NCBI GenBank assembly: GCA_046581755.1
Contig: JAYGFR010000120.1
Span: 1 to 49,822, forward strand
Length of the DNA: 49,822 bases
Direction: 5' to 3'
Origin: Nitrospinota bacterium
GTDB taxonomy: Bacteria; UBA8248
Numbering within the stretch: position 1 is the first letter of the stretch; each line of letters starts with the position of its first letter. Of this stretch, positions 18,071-27,175 are shown piece by piece. The notes beneath the pieces are model-generated. The model had not been told where the DNA came from and searched no databases. It worked only from the letters and a program-made list of their open reading frames with translations. Made by a program: the position numbers and the translations under genes.

Positions 18071-18570
18071 TATGACCGCCGCGGGCCGGCGCGCGAGCCG
18101 ATATCCGTCGACGAATGATCTTTCGGGTCCCCGCAGATGGCCACCTCGCCGCCGTAGCTCCTCACCGTCTCGCGCTCCGGTACGGTCTCGGCGGTATAGT
18201 CGGTGCCCTTGGCATGGACGTGGGGCTTCAGCGCGATCAGGAGCGCCGAAACGTCGTCCTCATCGAACAGGGTGAGATAGTCCACCGCCTCCAGGGCCGA
18301 GAGAATTTCGAGGCGCTCATCCTGGGAGGTGTAGGGCCGCCCCTCTCCCTTGAGCCGCCGGGCCGAGGCGTCGCTGTTCACGGCAAGGATCAGGACATCG
18401 CCCAGCGCCCTGGCCTCCCGAAGATAGCGTATGTGGCCGGCGTGAAGGATATCGAAGCACCCGTTCGTGAAAATGACGCGCTTTCCCGCCTTCTTATCCC
18501 GCTCCACCGCCTCCGCGAGGCTTTCGTGCGTGAGGCATTTGCCGCCGAAGGCTTCCGATGCGCCGCTCAA
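18070..18570 (-). CDS. hldC: D-glycero-beta-D-manno-heptose 1-phosphate adenylyltransferase (RfaE domain II, stand-alone)
   Basis: FTNGCFDILHAGH (HxGH), VNSD.S..RLKG..RP, KGTDY and HSST. Confidence 0.9.
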   Translation of the reverse strand: MSGASEAFGGKCLTHESLAEAVERDKKAGKRVIFTNGCFDILHAGHIRYLREARALGDVLILAVNSDASARRLKGEGRPYTSQDERLEILSALEAVDYLTLFDEDDVSALLIALKPHVHAKGTDYTAETVPERETVRSYGGEVAICGDPKDHSSTDIGSRAGPRRS

Positions 18571-18572
18571 CC

Positions 18573-19559
18573 TCAGCCTCCCTCCAGGGTGCCCAGAAGC
18601 TCTTTGCCGTAGACCACCGCCGTTCCCCGCTTCATCACAACGAGCCCCGCCGCCCGGTTGGCGATCTCGGCCGCCTCGGTCACGGAGGCTCCGGCGGCGA
18701 GCGAGAGGGTGAAGGCGGCGATCACCGTGTCACCTGCCCCGGTGACGTCCGCCGCCTCATCGGAGCCGAACACGGGGATATCCCGCTGGGGCCGGTCGCT
18801 CTCGAAAACGCTCATCCCCTTGCTGCCCCTGGTGATGAGCACCGCCCGCGCTCCGGTCCGCTCCAGCAGGGCCGCCCCCGCCTCGCCGAGCCGATCCCCC
18901 TCGGGAAGATATCCCAGAAGGGCCTCGGCCTCCTCCTCGTTCGGGGTGATGGCGGTGACCCCCCGGAAGGTGTCCCCTCTCCGGCGGCTGTCCGCCGTAA
19001 CGATCATCTCGCCCGCCAGGCGGCCGGCCATCTCGCGGACCGCCTCCGTCACCACGCCCAGCCCGTAGTCGGATACGATCAGGGCATCCACCCCATCGCC
19101 TGGAAGGGCCTCCAGCGCCTTGAGGATGCGGCCTTCGAGCTCCGGGCTCATCGGCAGCTGGCGCTCATGATCCACGCGTATCACCTGCTGGCGGCTCGTG
19201 TTCCGCCCGCCGGCCATGATGCGCATCTTGGTCGGGGTGAACCGGTCCGGTTCCAGGTAGAGGTGTCCGGTGGCGACCCCGACCTCCTTCAGCATCCGGC
19301 TCAACTCCTCGCCGTTGGGGTCGCTCCCGAGGGCTCCGATGGCGGCGGCGCGGCCTCCGAGCGAGGCCGCGTTCATGGCGGCGTTCCCCCCGCCGCCCGG
19401 GACGATCTCGCGGGAGCTGAAATCGAGCACGATGACGGGCGCCTCGCGGCTGATGCGGGAGGTGTCCCCGTGAATGAACTCATCGGCGATGTAGTCGCCC
19501 ACCACCGCCACCCGCAGGGAGGAGAACCGATCGACGAAGGCGCGAAGCGGCCCGCTCAT
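18573..19559 (-). CDS. hldA: D-glycero-beta-D-manno-heptose 7-phosphate kinase (RfaE domain I, PfkB family)
   Basis: VVGD...RISREAPV, SDYGLG, TPNEEE and DVTGAGDTV. Confidence 0.9.
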   Translation of the reverse strand: MSGPLRAFVDRFSSLRVAVVGDYIADEFIHGDTSRISREAPVIVLDFSSREIVPGGGGNAAMNAASLGGRAAAIGALGSDPNGEELSRMLKEVGVATGHLYLEPDRFTPTKMRIMAGGRNTSRQQVIRVDHERQLPMSPELEGRILKALEALPGDGVDALIVSDYGLGVVTEAVREMAGRLAGEMIVTADSRRRGDTFRGVTAITPNEEEAEALLGYLPEGDRLGEAGAALLERTGARAVLITRGSKGMSVFESDRPQRDIPVFGSDEAADVTGAGDTVIAAFTLSLAAGASVTEAAEIANRAAGLVVMKRGTAVVYGKELLGTLEGG

Positions 19560-20146
19560 TCTCCCCTCTCTTTTCTATCCCGGAAGATCATATCCACCGC
19601 GTGGTAAGCGTCCTCGGAGAGAAAATCCGGACGCCGGGCCCAGGTCTCGCCGTAGATCTCGATCGATCCCCGCCCGTAGCCGGTCAGCACGAGCGCCGAA
19701 CGGCAGCCCGCCGCCCATCCGCACTCCAGGTCGGAGTACTTATCGCCGATCATGAACGAGCGCGCCAAGTCAATGCCGTGATCCTTGGCGGCCTGGAGGA
19801 GCATCCCGGGCTTGGGCTTTCGCCAATCCGAATCGATGGCCAGGGCGGGATCGTCCGAACTCGGGTGATAGGGGCAGAAGTAGATCGCGTCCAGGCGCGC
19901 GCCCTTGGCGGCCAGCCCGCTTTCGAGCTTCTCGTGGACCCGGCCAATCATCGATTCCGGAAAATACCCCCGCGCCGCACCCGCCTGGTTGGTCACCAGA
20001 ATGGCGGGCATCCCCGCCTCGTTCACGCGCCGCACCGCCGCCGCCGAGCGGGGGAGCAGCCTGTAGTCGTCCAGGTGGGTGACGTAGCCGACATCATGGT
20101 TCAACACCCCGTCGCGGTCGAAAAACACCGCCGCCCGTCCGCTCAT
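19556..20146 (-). CDS. gmhB: D,D-heptose 1,7-bisphosphate phosphatase (HAD)
   Basis: FFDRDGVLN, VTNQ, CPYHP, RKPKPGM and GDKYSD. The true ATG at 20146 overlaps the waaF stop (ATGA); the longer listed ORF has a spurious N-terminus. Confidence 0.9.
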   Translation of the reverse strand: MSGRAAVFFDRDGVLNHDVGYVTHLDDYRLLPRSAAAVRRVNEAGMPAILVTNQAGAARGYFPESMIGRVHEKLESGLAAKGARLDAIYFCPYHPSSDDPALAIDSDWRKPKPGMLLQAAKDHGIDLARSFMIGDKYSDLECGWAAGCRSALVLTGYGRGSIEIYGETWARRPDFLSEDAYHAVDMIFRDRKERGE

Positions 20147-21212
20147 TTCGCCGCCCCCGCGCCGGCCCGCTTGGAGCCGGAGGAGAGTGTCAACATCCGC
20201 GCCGCCTCGCCGGCCACCTCTTCGGGGCCGATGTCTTTCATGCACCGGTGGTGCCCGAGGGGGCAGGTCCGCTTGAAACAAGGGCTGCACTCGAGCTCCC
20301 GGCGCAGGATGCGGTGGCCCTCCCCGCGCGGCGCCGTACGCCGGGGGTCGGTCGGGCCGAACAGCGAGACCGTTTTCGTTCCCACGAGGGCTGCGATGTG
20401 GAGCGGGCCCGTGTCGCCCGAAACCAGGACGCCCAGCCGCGCCAACAGGGCGGGAAGGGTGGCCAGCGTGTCCTTTCCGGCGATGCTGCGGGCCGCCCCG
20501 CCCGAGGCCTCGGCGACCCGGTCCGCCACCTCCACCTCGTCTGGCCCGCCGAGGATCACGACGCGGGTGCTGCTTCGATCCGCCAGAAGCCGCGCCAGCT
20601 CCCCATAGGATTCCGCCGGCCAGGTCTTCGACTTCCCGAAAAACGCGCCCGGATGAATTCCGGCCAAGGGGCCGTCGCCGGGAGCCTCGCTCGACAGCAG
20701 GCCGCCGGCGAACGCTTCGGCCTCGGGCGTCACCGGCAGCCGGACCGAGCGGTGGGCGGGCTCGATTCCCTCGGCTTCGAGAAGCCCCAGATAGGCATCG
20801 GTTAGGTGGGGCGGGGGCGATTCGGGCGGGGGCGGGACCGGATTCGTCAGCAGCCAGCCCCTCCCGCCGGAGGCGTAGCCTACACGCTGCCGCGCGCCGG
20901 CGATCCGGCCCAGAAGCGCCGCGCGAAAGCTGTTGGGAAGAAGCCAGAGGGTCTCGATCCGCTCCCCGCGCGTTTCCGGGCGGATCGAAAAAAACGCCGC
21001 CATTTTCTGGCGTCCAGCGGGCGGACGGCATCCACCCACGGAAATGCGCTCAGCAAACCGGTCGTCCAGGGCACCGCCGCCACCTCGATCTGATCCTCCG
21101 GGAAGGCGGCCCGGAGGGAGGCGAAAAATGGGGCCGCCATCGCCGCATCGCCAATCCAGTTCGGCGCGAGGACAACCTGCCGCCTCACTGCGTTTTTCGG
21201 CGCATTTGCCAC
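20143..21212 (-). pseudogene. waaF: LPS heptosyltransferase II (GT9), reading frame broken by 1 nt near 20968-20994
   Basis: The N-terminus (PNWIGDAAMA; GTG 21212 with GGAGG SD) is in ORF 20880..21554. The remainder (LLPNSF, RVGY, HPGAFFGKSKTW, DTGPLH, C.PCFKRTCPLGHHRCM) is in ORF 20143..21039. One added base restores a 356-aa protein. This could be a true lesion, recoding or phase variation, or a sequencing error. Confidence 0.8.
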
Positions 21213-21252
21213 CTCATTCCCTCCCGCCCTTAACATGTCCCGCCATAACGCC

Positions 21253-21294
21253 CCGGCGCGCAGGACATATATGTCCTGCCGCTGGCTTTTTTTT
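21253..21294 (+). other. Perfect 20-bp palindrome with extended stem, followed by T8 (terminator-like or operator)
   Basis: GCAGGACATATATGTCCTGC (21260-21279); the stem extends via CCGGCG/CGCTGG with one bulge; T8 at 21287-21294. Confidence 0.6.
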
Positions 21295-21331
21295 CTGCGG
21301 GCGCTTTTACCTGCTTCGGGCGCTGGCTGTA

Positions 21332-21360
21332 ACGCTATCAATTTCAGGGGACTGCCGCAA
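21332..21360 (-). promoter_or_regulatory. Possible sigma70 promoter of the LPS core operon
   Basis: Minus strand TTGCGG, 17-nt spacer, TAGCGT, with extended -10 TG, about 120 nt upstream of waaF. Confidence 0.4.
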
Positions 21361-21587
21361 TTCGGGCGGACGGTGGGAGCGGGGTCGTTTTCGGCCGCGC
21401 CGCGAAACCCGAATCGCATCCATCCTGGCGGAAACCCGGTATCCGTAGTATATAAAATTTTGTTCCGGGCGGGCCTTCTCGGACGCACCGTCATCTCCTG
21501 TGCCCCGCGCCGGGAAAAATTTCCAAGAGAGCCGGGCACTGACCGCCAACCCATCTCTTCCGCCCCCGCCTATTCACCGGAGCATGG

Positions 21588-22355
21588 ATGACCGACACCA
21601 GCGTCCCGGAAAGCGAAGAGCTGCGGATTCTCGCCAGCGCGGTCGAGCGGGCCATCGCGGAGGGATGCGAATGGCTCGGCCACCTTTCCACTCCCCTCGG
21701 GCGGGAGGTGTACCGCCACAAGGCCGACCTGATCGCGTCGCTGGAGCTTCCGGGAAAAAAGATCCTGGACTGGGGAAGCGGCTTCGGGCAGATGAGCCAC
21801 CTGCTCGGACTCCGGGGCTTCGATGCCGCCGCCTACACCATCGACCCGAAAACGCCCACCCCGTGGAATCTTTTTTTCAGGGAAGGCGGGTTGAACGTCG
21901 TGTACGGGGAAGACCCCGTACGGCTTCCTTTCGAGGACGGGTCGTTCGACGCCGTTCTTTCCTGCGGGGTGCTCGAGCATGTCGAGGACGAAGGGGCCTC
22001 GCTCGCCGAGGTGGCGCGAATCCTTCCCCCCGGCGGCGCGTTTATCGTGATGATGCTCCCGAACCGGTGGAGCTGGACGGAGTTTCTTGCCCGCCATTTT
22101 CTCGATATGCCGTTTCACGATCGCCTCTACACGATGGGAAGCATGAAGCGCCTGCTCGCCGGGCATGGTTTCCGGGCGGAGAAAACCTGGCGCTGGAATT
22201 CGTTTCCGAAAAACCTGGTTTTCTTGCCCGAAGGCTTCCGCCGGCGCGCCACCGCCCATCCGGACCGTCTGATCGATCTCGACCGCGCGCTCTCGGGCGT
22301 TCCGCCTTTCAGTTGGATGAGCGGGGTGGTGGAGGGGTTGTTTATCAAGAATTAA
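21588..22355 (+). CDS. Class I SAM-dependent methyltransferase
   Basis: 255 aa; ILDWGSGFG, LPFEDGSFDAV, VLEHV and RILPPGG. Confidence 0.85.
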   Translation: MTDTSVPESEELRILASAVERAIAEGCEWLGHLSTPLGREVYRHKADLIASLELPGKKILDWGSGFGQMSHLLGLRGFDAAAYTIDPKTPTPWNLFFREGGLNVVYGEDPVRLPFEDGSFDAVLSCGVLEHVEDEGASLAEVARILPPGGAFIVMMLPNRWSWTEFLARHFLDMPFHDRLYTMGSMKRLLAGHGFRAEKTWRWNSFPKNLVFLPEGFRRRATAHPDRLIDLDRALSGVPPFSWMSGVVEGLFIKN

Positions 22356-22446
22356 CCCTGGGGCCGCCTCCCCGTGGGGTTGGGGGCCGGACTCTGGTAT
22401 CATGCCCGCTCAGGACATCGCGGCGCCGCCCGACGGAGATGCTTCC

Positions 22447-23688
22447 TTGAAGAAGCTGCACCGGTATATCCTGGGAGAGATTTCGGGCTACTTTCTGCTC
22501 TGCCTGCTCCTCCTGACGTTTCTTCTCCTGCTTAACAGCACCGTTCAGCTGACCGACCTTATCGTCACCCGGGGCGTTCCGCTGGCAACGGCCGGCCTGT
22601 TGCTCCTGACCATCCTTCCGGTCCTCCTGCTCGTCACCCTCCCCATGTCCACCCTCGTCGCCTGCATCCTGGGGTTCAGCCGCCTCTCGAACGACAGCGA
22701 GTTCACCGCCATGACGGCCTCGGGCATGAGCCTCTACTCCCAGCTCATTCCGGTGGCGGCGCTGGGGCTTTTCTCGGCCTCCCTGAGCACGGCCCTGATG
22801 ATGTTCGGCCTTCCGTGGAGCCATCAATCGGCCGCCAATTTGAGGTACGAAATTCTCCAGAACCAGGCTTCGTCGTTCGAAATCCGCGAACAGGTGTTCA
22901 ACGACAGCTTCCAGGGCCTCATGATCTACGTGCGCAAAACCTCGCGCCAAAGCAAGGTCCTGCGAGGCATCCTCATTTCGGACTCGCGCGACCCCCGGCA
23001 CACCCAGGTCATCTTCGCCGAAGAGGGGTCCATCGTCCGGGACCCGGCGAACAAAAGGATGGCCCTCCGCCTGCTCCGGGGGACCAATCATCGGGTCGAG
23101 GCCGTCTCGGGCGGCCAGGGGGAAAAAAAGGCCGCCGCGGGGGACCCGCGCGTCTCGCTCGAGGATAACCGGTATCAGGTGGTCCGATTCGCCTCCTACG
23201 ACCTCAACCTGAACCTGACCCACGCCCTCGGCGACAGCAAGGCCCTCCGGGTGCGCCTGCGCGGCCTCCCCATCGGCGCGCTGCGCGAAAAAATCGCCAC
23301 CGCCAAGCCGGGCTCCGTCCGCCACAACGCGTTCCTCGTCGAACTCCACAAAAGATTCGCCACCCCGTTCATTTGCCTGGCGCTGGCCCTCCTCGGCGCC
23401 CCGCTCGGGGTCCAGAACCGGCGCTCGGGCCGCCACGGCGGATTCGCGCTGAGCCTCATCGTCGTCTTCGCCTACTACCTCCTCTCCTCGCTCTCGGAGG
23501 GAATGGGGGAGAACGGATCGATCCCGGCCGCCGTGTCCGTCTGGGGGCCGATCGCCCTTCTTTTCGCCGCCACCGCCGGGGCCGTCCGGCAGGTCATCCG
23601 AAAGGGCGCGGTGGACATCGCCGGATTCCTCGCCGCCGCCGCCGCGCGCCTGCCTCTGCCCGGCTGGCTCCATCCGAAATCGGCATGA
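22447..23688 (+). CDS. lptF: LPS export ABC transporter permease LptF
   Basis: LHRYI..E, RLSNDSEFTAMTASG, ELHKRF and LGAPLG; 3 TM, periplasmic domain, 3 TM. TTG 22447 with GGAG (alternative ATG 22402). Confidence 0.9.
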   Translation: MKKLHRYILGEISGYFLLCLLLLTFLLLLNSTVQLTDLIVTRGVPLATAGLLLLTILPVLLLVTLPMSTLVACILGFSRLSNDSEFTAMTASGMSLYSQLIPVAALGLFSASLSTALMMFGLPWSHQSAANLRYEILQNQASSFEIREQVFNDSFQGLMIYVRKTSRQSKVLRGILISDSRDPRHTQVIFAEEGSIVRDPANKRMALRLLRGTNHRVEAVSGGQGEKKAAAGDPRVSLEDNRYQVVRFASYDLNLNLTHALGDSKALRVRLRGLPIGALREKIATAKPGSVRHNAFLVELHKRFATPFICLALALLGAPLGVQNRRSGRHGGFALSLIVVFAYYLLSSLSEGMGENGSIPAAVSVWGPIALLFAATAGAVRQVIRKGAVDIAGFLAAAAARLPLPGWLHPKSA

Positions 23689-24773
23689 GCATCCTCAGCC
23701 GCTACATCATGAGCCAGTTTTTCCGGCTGGTGGCCATTTGCCAGGCCGGAGCCATCACGCTTTTCCTGATGGTCGAGTTCATCGAGCGCATCGACGACCT
23801 CATCGAGAAAAAAGCCGCTGTCTCCGATGGGCTCCTGTTCTTCGCCTACAAGATCCCCCAACTCATCGTCCTGTCGGTTCCCATCACGGTACTCCTCGCG
23901 AGCGTGTTCACTCTCGTTCTTCTCTCGCGGGGAAACGAGATCGTTGCCATGCGCGCCTCCGGGGCCAGCATCTACCGGACCATCGCGCCCATCCTGGCCG
24001 CCAGCTTCGCCATCGCGCTCCTGACGTTCGCGGCCAACGAATACATCGTCCCGGCGGCCAACCGGCGCGTGAACCACATTTGGAACGTCCGGGTCAAAAA
24101 AATATCCCCGCGCGGCTACAACCGGACGAACCGGATCTGGTACCGCTCGGAGGACAACACCATCTGGCAGATCACCTTCTTCGATCCCTTTCGAGACCAA
24201 ATGAAGGGCGTCACCCTCTACCGCCTGACCGGGGACAACCGCCTCTTCCAGCGGATCGACGCCAGGGAGGTCCGGTGGGAGCCCCGCGCCAAGCGGTGGC
24301 TCTTCCGGGGCGGGTTGATTCACCATTTCAAAAAGAACGGCGACATCGTTCAGGAGGCCTTTTCGGCCAGAACCTTCCCCCTGAAGGACGTGCCCGGCGA
24401 TTTCAAGCAGTCGGGAAAAAAACCCGGGGAGATGAACTGGGTCGAGCTTCGCGACTACATCCGCCTCATCCGCTCGAACGGGGTGGACACCACCCGCTAT
24501 GTCGTGGACCTGTGGGCCAAGCTGTCCACGCCCTTTATCTGCTTCGTGCTCGCCCTGGTGGGCGTTCCCTTTTCGGTCAAATCGGGCCGCAGCGGCGGCC
24601 TGGCCCTCGGCGTCACCATCACGATCGCCATCAGCATGGGCTATCTGGTTCTTTTTTATCTGGGAATATCTCTGGGACACGCGGGCCGCCTCCCCCCGGC
24701 GGTGGCCGCCTGGGGGGCGAACCTCATCTTCCTTGCCGGAGGGGGCTATCTTCTCACCCACGTCCGCTCCTGA
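23685..24773 (+). CDS. lptG: LPS export ABC transporter permease LptG
   Basis: MSILSRYI, LSRGNEIVAMRASG and LPP.VAAW.AN. ATGA overlap with lptF. Confidence 0.9.
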   Translation: MSILSRYIMSQFFRLVAICQAGAITLFLMVEFIERIDDLIEKKAAVSDGLLFFAYKIPQLIVLSVPITVLLASVFTLVLLSRGNEIVAMRASGASIYRTIAPILAASFAIALLTFAANEYIVPAANRRVNHIWNVRVKKISPRGYNRTNRIWYRSEDNTIWQITFFDPFRDQMKGVTLYRLTGDNRLFQRIDAREVRWEPRAKRWLFRGGLIHHFKKNGDIVQEAFSARTFPLKDVPGDFKQSGKKPGEMNWVELRDYIRLIRSNGVDTTRYVVDLWAKLSTPFICFVLALVGVPFSVKSGRSGGLALGVTITIAISMGYLVLFYLGISLGHAGRLPPAVAAWGANLIFLAGGGYLLTHVRS

Positions 24774-24776
24774 CGC

Positions 24777-25880
24777 CTAGCTCCCCCCCTGCCCGGCGGC
24801 GTCGAGAACCAGGCGCGCGAGCCCCGCTCCCTCCCGAACCTCCATCTCGACGCGGAGAACCCGGAAGTGCGGATGGTCCGAAAACCGGCCCAGCTTCACG
24901 GCGTCTTTCTCGGTGGTTACCCAAAAATCCACGCCCGAGGCATCGAGCGATGAGGCGATGCGCACGGCCTCCCCGGCGCCATAGGCCGCATGATCCGGAA
25001 AAATATGATGCGCCAGAACGCGCGCGCCCAGGCCCTCGAGCGTCCGGGCGAATCCAGCAGGGTTTCCGATCCCGCTGACCGCCGCAACGGCGGCGCCCGA
25101 AAGGTCCGCCGGGCTGCCCGCCGGGCGGCCGGAGATATCCAGAAGCGCTACCGGCCTCAGGCTGCCCTCGAACACCTTCGCGCGCGGGGCCAGCGCCCCA
25201 ATTTGCTCCCGGATGCGCTCCGATACGGTGGGCGAAGACTCCCCGCCCGTCAGCAGGACGGCCCCCGCGCTTCTCAGCGCAGCCGCCGGCTCGCGGAGCG
25301 CTCCGGCCGGAAAAACACGGCCGTTTCCGAACGGGTGCTCCCCCCGGAGCACCACCAGATCGAGCGCCCTCTCCAGCGCGATGTGCTGAAATCCATCGTC
25401 GGCAACGATGACGTCCGCGCCCAATTCCGCCGCACATCTCACGGCCGCCGGGCGATCCCGCCCGGCGACGGCCGGAACCGAGGGGAACATCCGGGCCAGC
25501 ATGACCGCCTCATCCGATGCCGGGGGAGCGGAAAGAACCGCCCCCGCGCCGTCGCTCACCACGCTCACCCCTTCGGCCTCGCCGCCGTACCCCCGGCTGA
25601 CGACCGCCGGCCGGCGGTCCGCCTCGATCAACTTCGAGAGCACCCAGGCCACCGCGGGCGTCTTGCCGGTTCCCCCGAGGGTGAGGTTACCGACCGAGAT
25701 GACTGGACATGGAGGCGATACCGCCTCCCTCCAGCCGGAGGCATACAAGCGGCGGCGCAGGCGCATGGCCCCGCCGTAGGCCCAGCCCGCCGGAGCGAGG
25801 CTGGCGGAGGCGGCGCGCGCCCATAGCGGAGCGCTCTCCTCCCCCTCCAGAGCCCGCAGGAGACTCCCCCGGAGACTCAA
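24777..25880 (-). CDS. lpxK: Tetraacyldisaccharide 4'-kinase
   Basis: VISVGNLTLGGTGKTP, SRGYG, DDGFQH, PAGALRE, GIGNP and TTEKDAVK. TTG 25880 overlaps the waaA stop. Confidence 0.93.
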   Translation of the reverse strand: MSLRGSLLRALEGEESAPLWARAASASLAPAGWAYGGAMRLRRRLYASGWREAVSPPCPVISVGNLTLGGTGKTPAVAWVLSKLIEADRRPAVVSRGYGGEAEGVSVVSDGAGAVLSAPPASDEAVMLARMFPSVPAVAGRDRPAAVRCAAELGADVIVADDGFQHIALERALDLVVLRGEHPFGNGRVFPAGALREPAAALRSAGAVLLTGGESSPTVSERIREQIGALAPRAKVFEGSLRPVALLDISGRPAGSPADLSGAAVAAVSGIGNPAGFARTLEGLGARVLAHHIFPDHAAYGAGEAVRIASSLDASGVDFWVTTEKDAVKLGRFSDHPHFRVLRVEMEVREGAGLARLVLDAAGQGGS

Positions 25881-27175
25881 CCCCGATTCCCTTCCGAGGC
25901 GTCCAAAAGGCCGGCCAGAAAATCGGCCGCCCGTCCGGCGGCGCCCCGGTTCACATTCACCGTCTCCCGCGCCGATGCCCCCGCCACATCGCGCGCGCCC
26001 GCGCCGCTGAGCCAGGGGAGGAACGCATCGGCAAGGCCTTCGGGCCCCTGGACCTGCACGGCTCCTCCCGCCCGCAGGAGGATCTCCGCCACCTCGGCGA
26101 AGTTGGCCATGTGGGGCCCGAATACGACGGGAACGCCCCAACGGGCGGCTTCGATGGGATTTTGCCCCCCGTGGGGGATGAGGCTGCCCCCGATGAATCC
26201 GGCCGTTGCGCACCCGTAGGCCTCCCCGAGTTTTCCCATGACATCGAGAAGGACCACCCGCCCGCCGCCGCTGCCGCCGGAAAGGCCGCTCCAGCGGACG
26301 GTCTCCAGCCCGGCGCGCCGGAGATCCTCCTCGGCGTCATCCAACCGCTGGAGATGGCGCGGGGCGATCAGGGCGCCCAGATTCCCGAACCGCTCCCGCA
26401 GCGCGCGAATGGCGCGGCCAATCTCAGCCTCCTCTCCCGGATGGGTGCTCCCGGCCACGATAACCGGGCCGGCCCCCGCCAGGCCGAACGCCTCTTTCAG
26501 GGCTTCGGGATCCGTCTCCCCCGGGGGCGCTGGGGCGTCAAACTTGATGTTTCCCGCCTGGAACACCCCGGGGGCGCCCAGAGCCCGGTAGCGGGCCGCG
26601 TCGGCTTCTCCGCGTGCCGCGACGCCCGCCAACCGCCCCAGAACGGAGGCGAACAAGAACCGCAGCCGCAAATACCCCCGGAAGGATTTTTCAGAAAGGC
26701 GCCCGTTGACGATGCACACCAGCAACCCTCTCCTGGCCGCCGCCCACACTAGGTTGGGCCACAACTCGGTTTCGATGATGGCGATTGCGGACGGGCCGAT
26801 GCGGTCGAGCACGCTCCGCACCGCGAAGGGGAGGTCGAAGGGAAGGTAAAATACATACTCCACCCCCTCGATCTTCTCGGCCTCCTCGCGGCCGGTCTCG
26901 GTCACCGTCGAGATGACGATGCGAAGGCGGGGGCGTCTTTTCAAAATCTCGGGCACCAGCACCGCCGCGACCCCGGCCTCTCCCACCGAGACGGCGTGGA
27001 GCCAAAGTCTGCCGCCCTCTTCCGCCGGGCGGAGGCGGCGGACAAAACCCAGGCGCTCTCCCACACCGGTCAGGGAAAGGCCCCTCTTCCAAAAATGCGC
27101 GAGATACCAGGCGGCGATGAAGGGCGAGCTTATGATTATCGCCGCGTTGTAGAGGATATAGGCGAGTGCGTTCAT
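25877..27175 (-). CDS. waaA: Kdo transferase (GT30)
   Basis: WLHAVSVGE, LPFD, ETELWPN, NGRLS, GNIKFD, AGSTHPGEE and GGQNPIEAA. ATG 27175 (ATGA overlap). Confidence 0.95.
   Translation of the reverse strand: MNALAYILYNAAIIISSPFIAAWYLAHFWKRGLSLTGVGERLGFVRRLRPAEEGGRLWLHAVSVGEAGVAAVLVPEILKRRPRLRIVISTVTETGREEAEKIEGVEYVFYLPFDLPFAVRSVLDRIGPSAIAIIETELWPNLVWAAARRGLLVCIVNGRLSEKSFRGYLRLRFLFASVLGRLAGVAARGEADAARYRALGAPGVFQAGNIKFDAPAPPGETDPEALKEAFGLAGAGPVIVAGSTHPGEEAEIGRAIRALRERFGNLGALIAPRHLQRLDDAEEDLRRAGLETVRWSGLSGGSGGGRVVLLDVMGKLGEAYGCATAGFIGGSLIPHGGQNPIEAARWGVPVVFGPHMANFAEVAEILLRAGGAVQVQGPEGLADAFLPWLSGAGARDVAGASARETVNVNRGAAGRAADFLAGLLDASEGNRG

Noticed and set aside
18070..19559. HldE split into separate kinase and adenylyltransferase genes
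   Set aside because: A common, well-known arrangement (HldA/HldC), not a frameshift. Both ORFs are complete.
19810..19885. GmhB Zn loop lacks the second Cys pair (CPYHP...SDWRKP)
   Set aside because: I recall such variants among GmhB homologs, and the catalytic HAD motifs are intact, so there is no evidence of a new function.
19556..21031. Apparent 491-aa GmhB with a long N-terminal domain (similar extensions on waaL, lptG, lpxK, waaA, lpxB, lpxI, fabZ)
   Set aside because: The extensions are off-frame translations of the upstream gene. The real starts sit at or just after the upstream stop codons.
21361..21420. Foldable segment TTCGGG...CCCGAA in the divergent intergenic region
   Set aside because: No match to a riboswitch or tRNA that I recognise, and this level of pairing is expected at this GC content.
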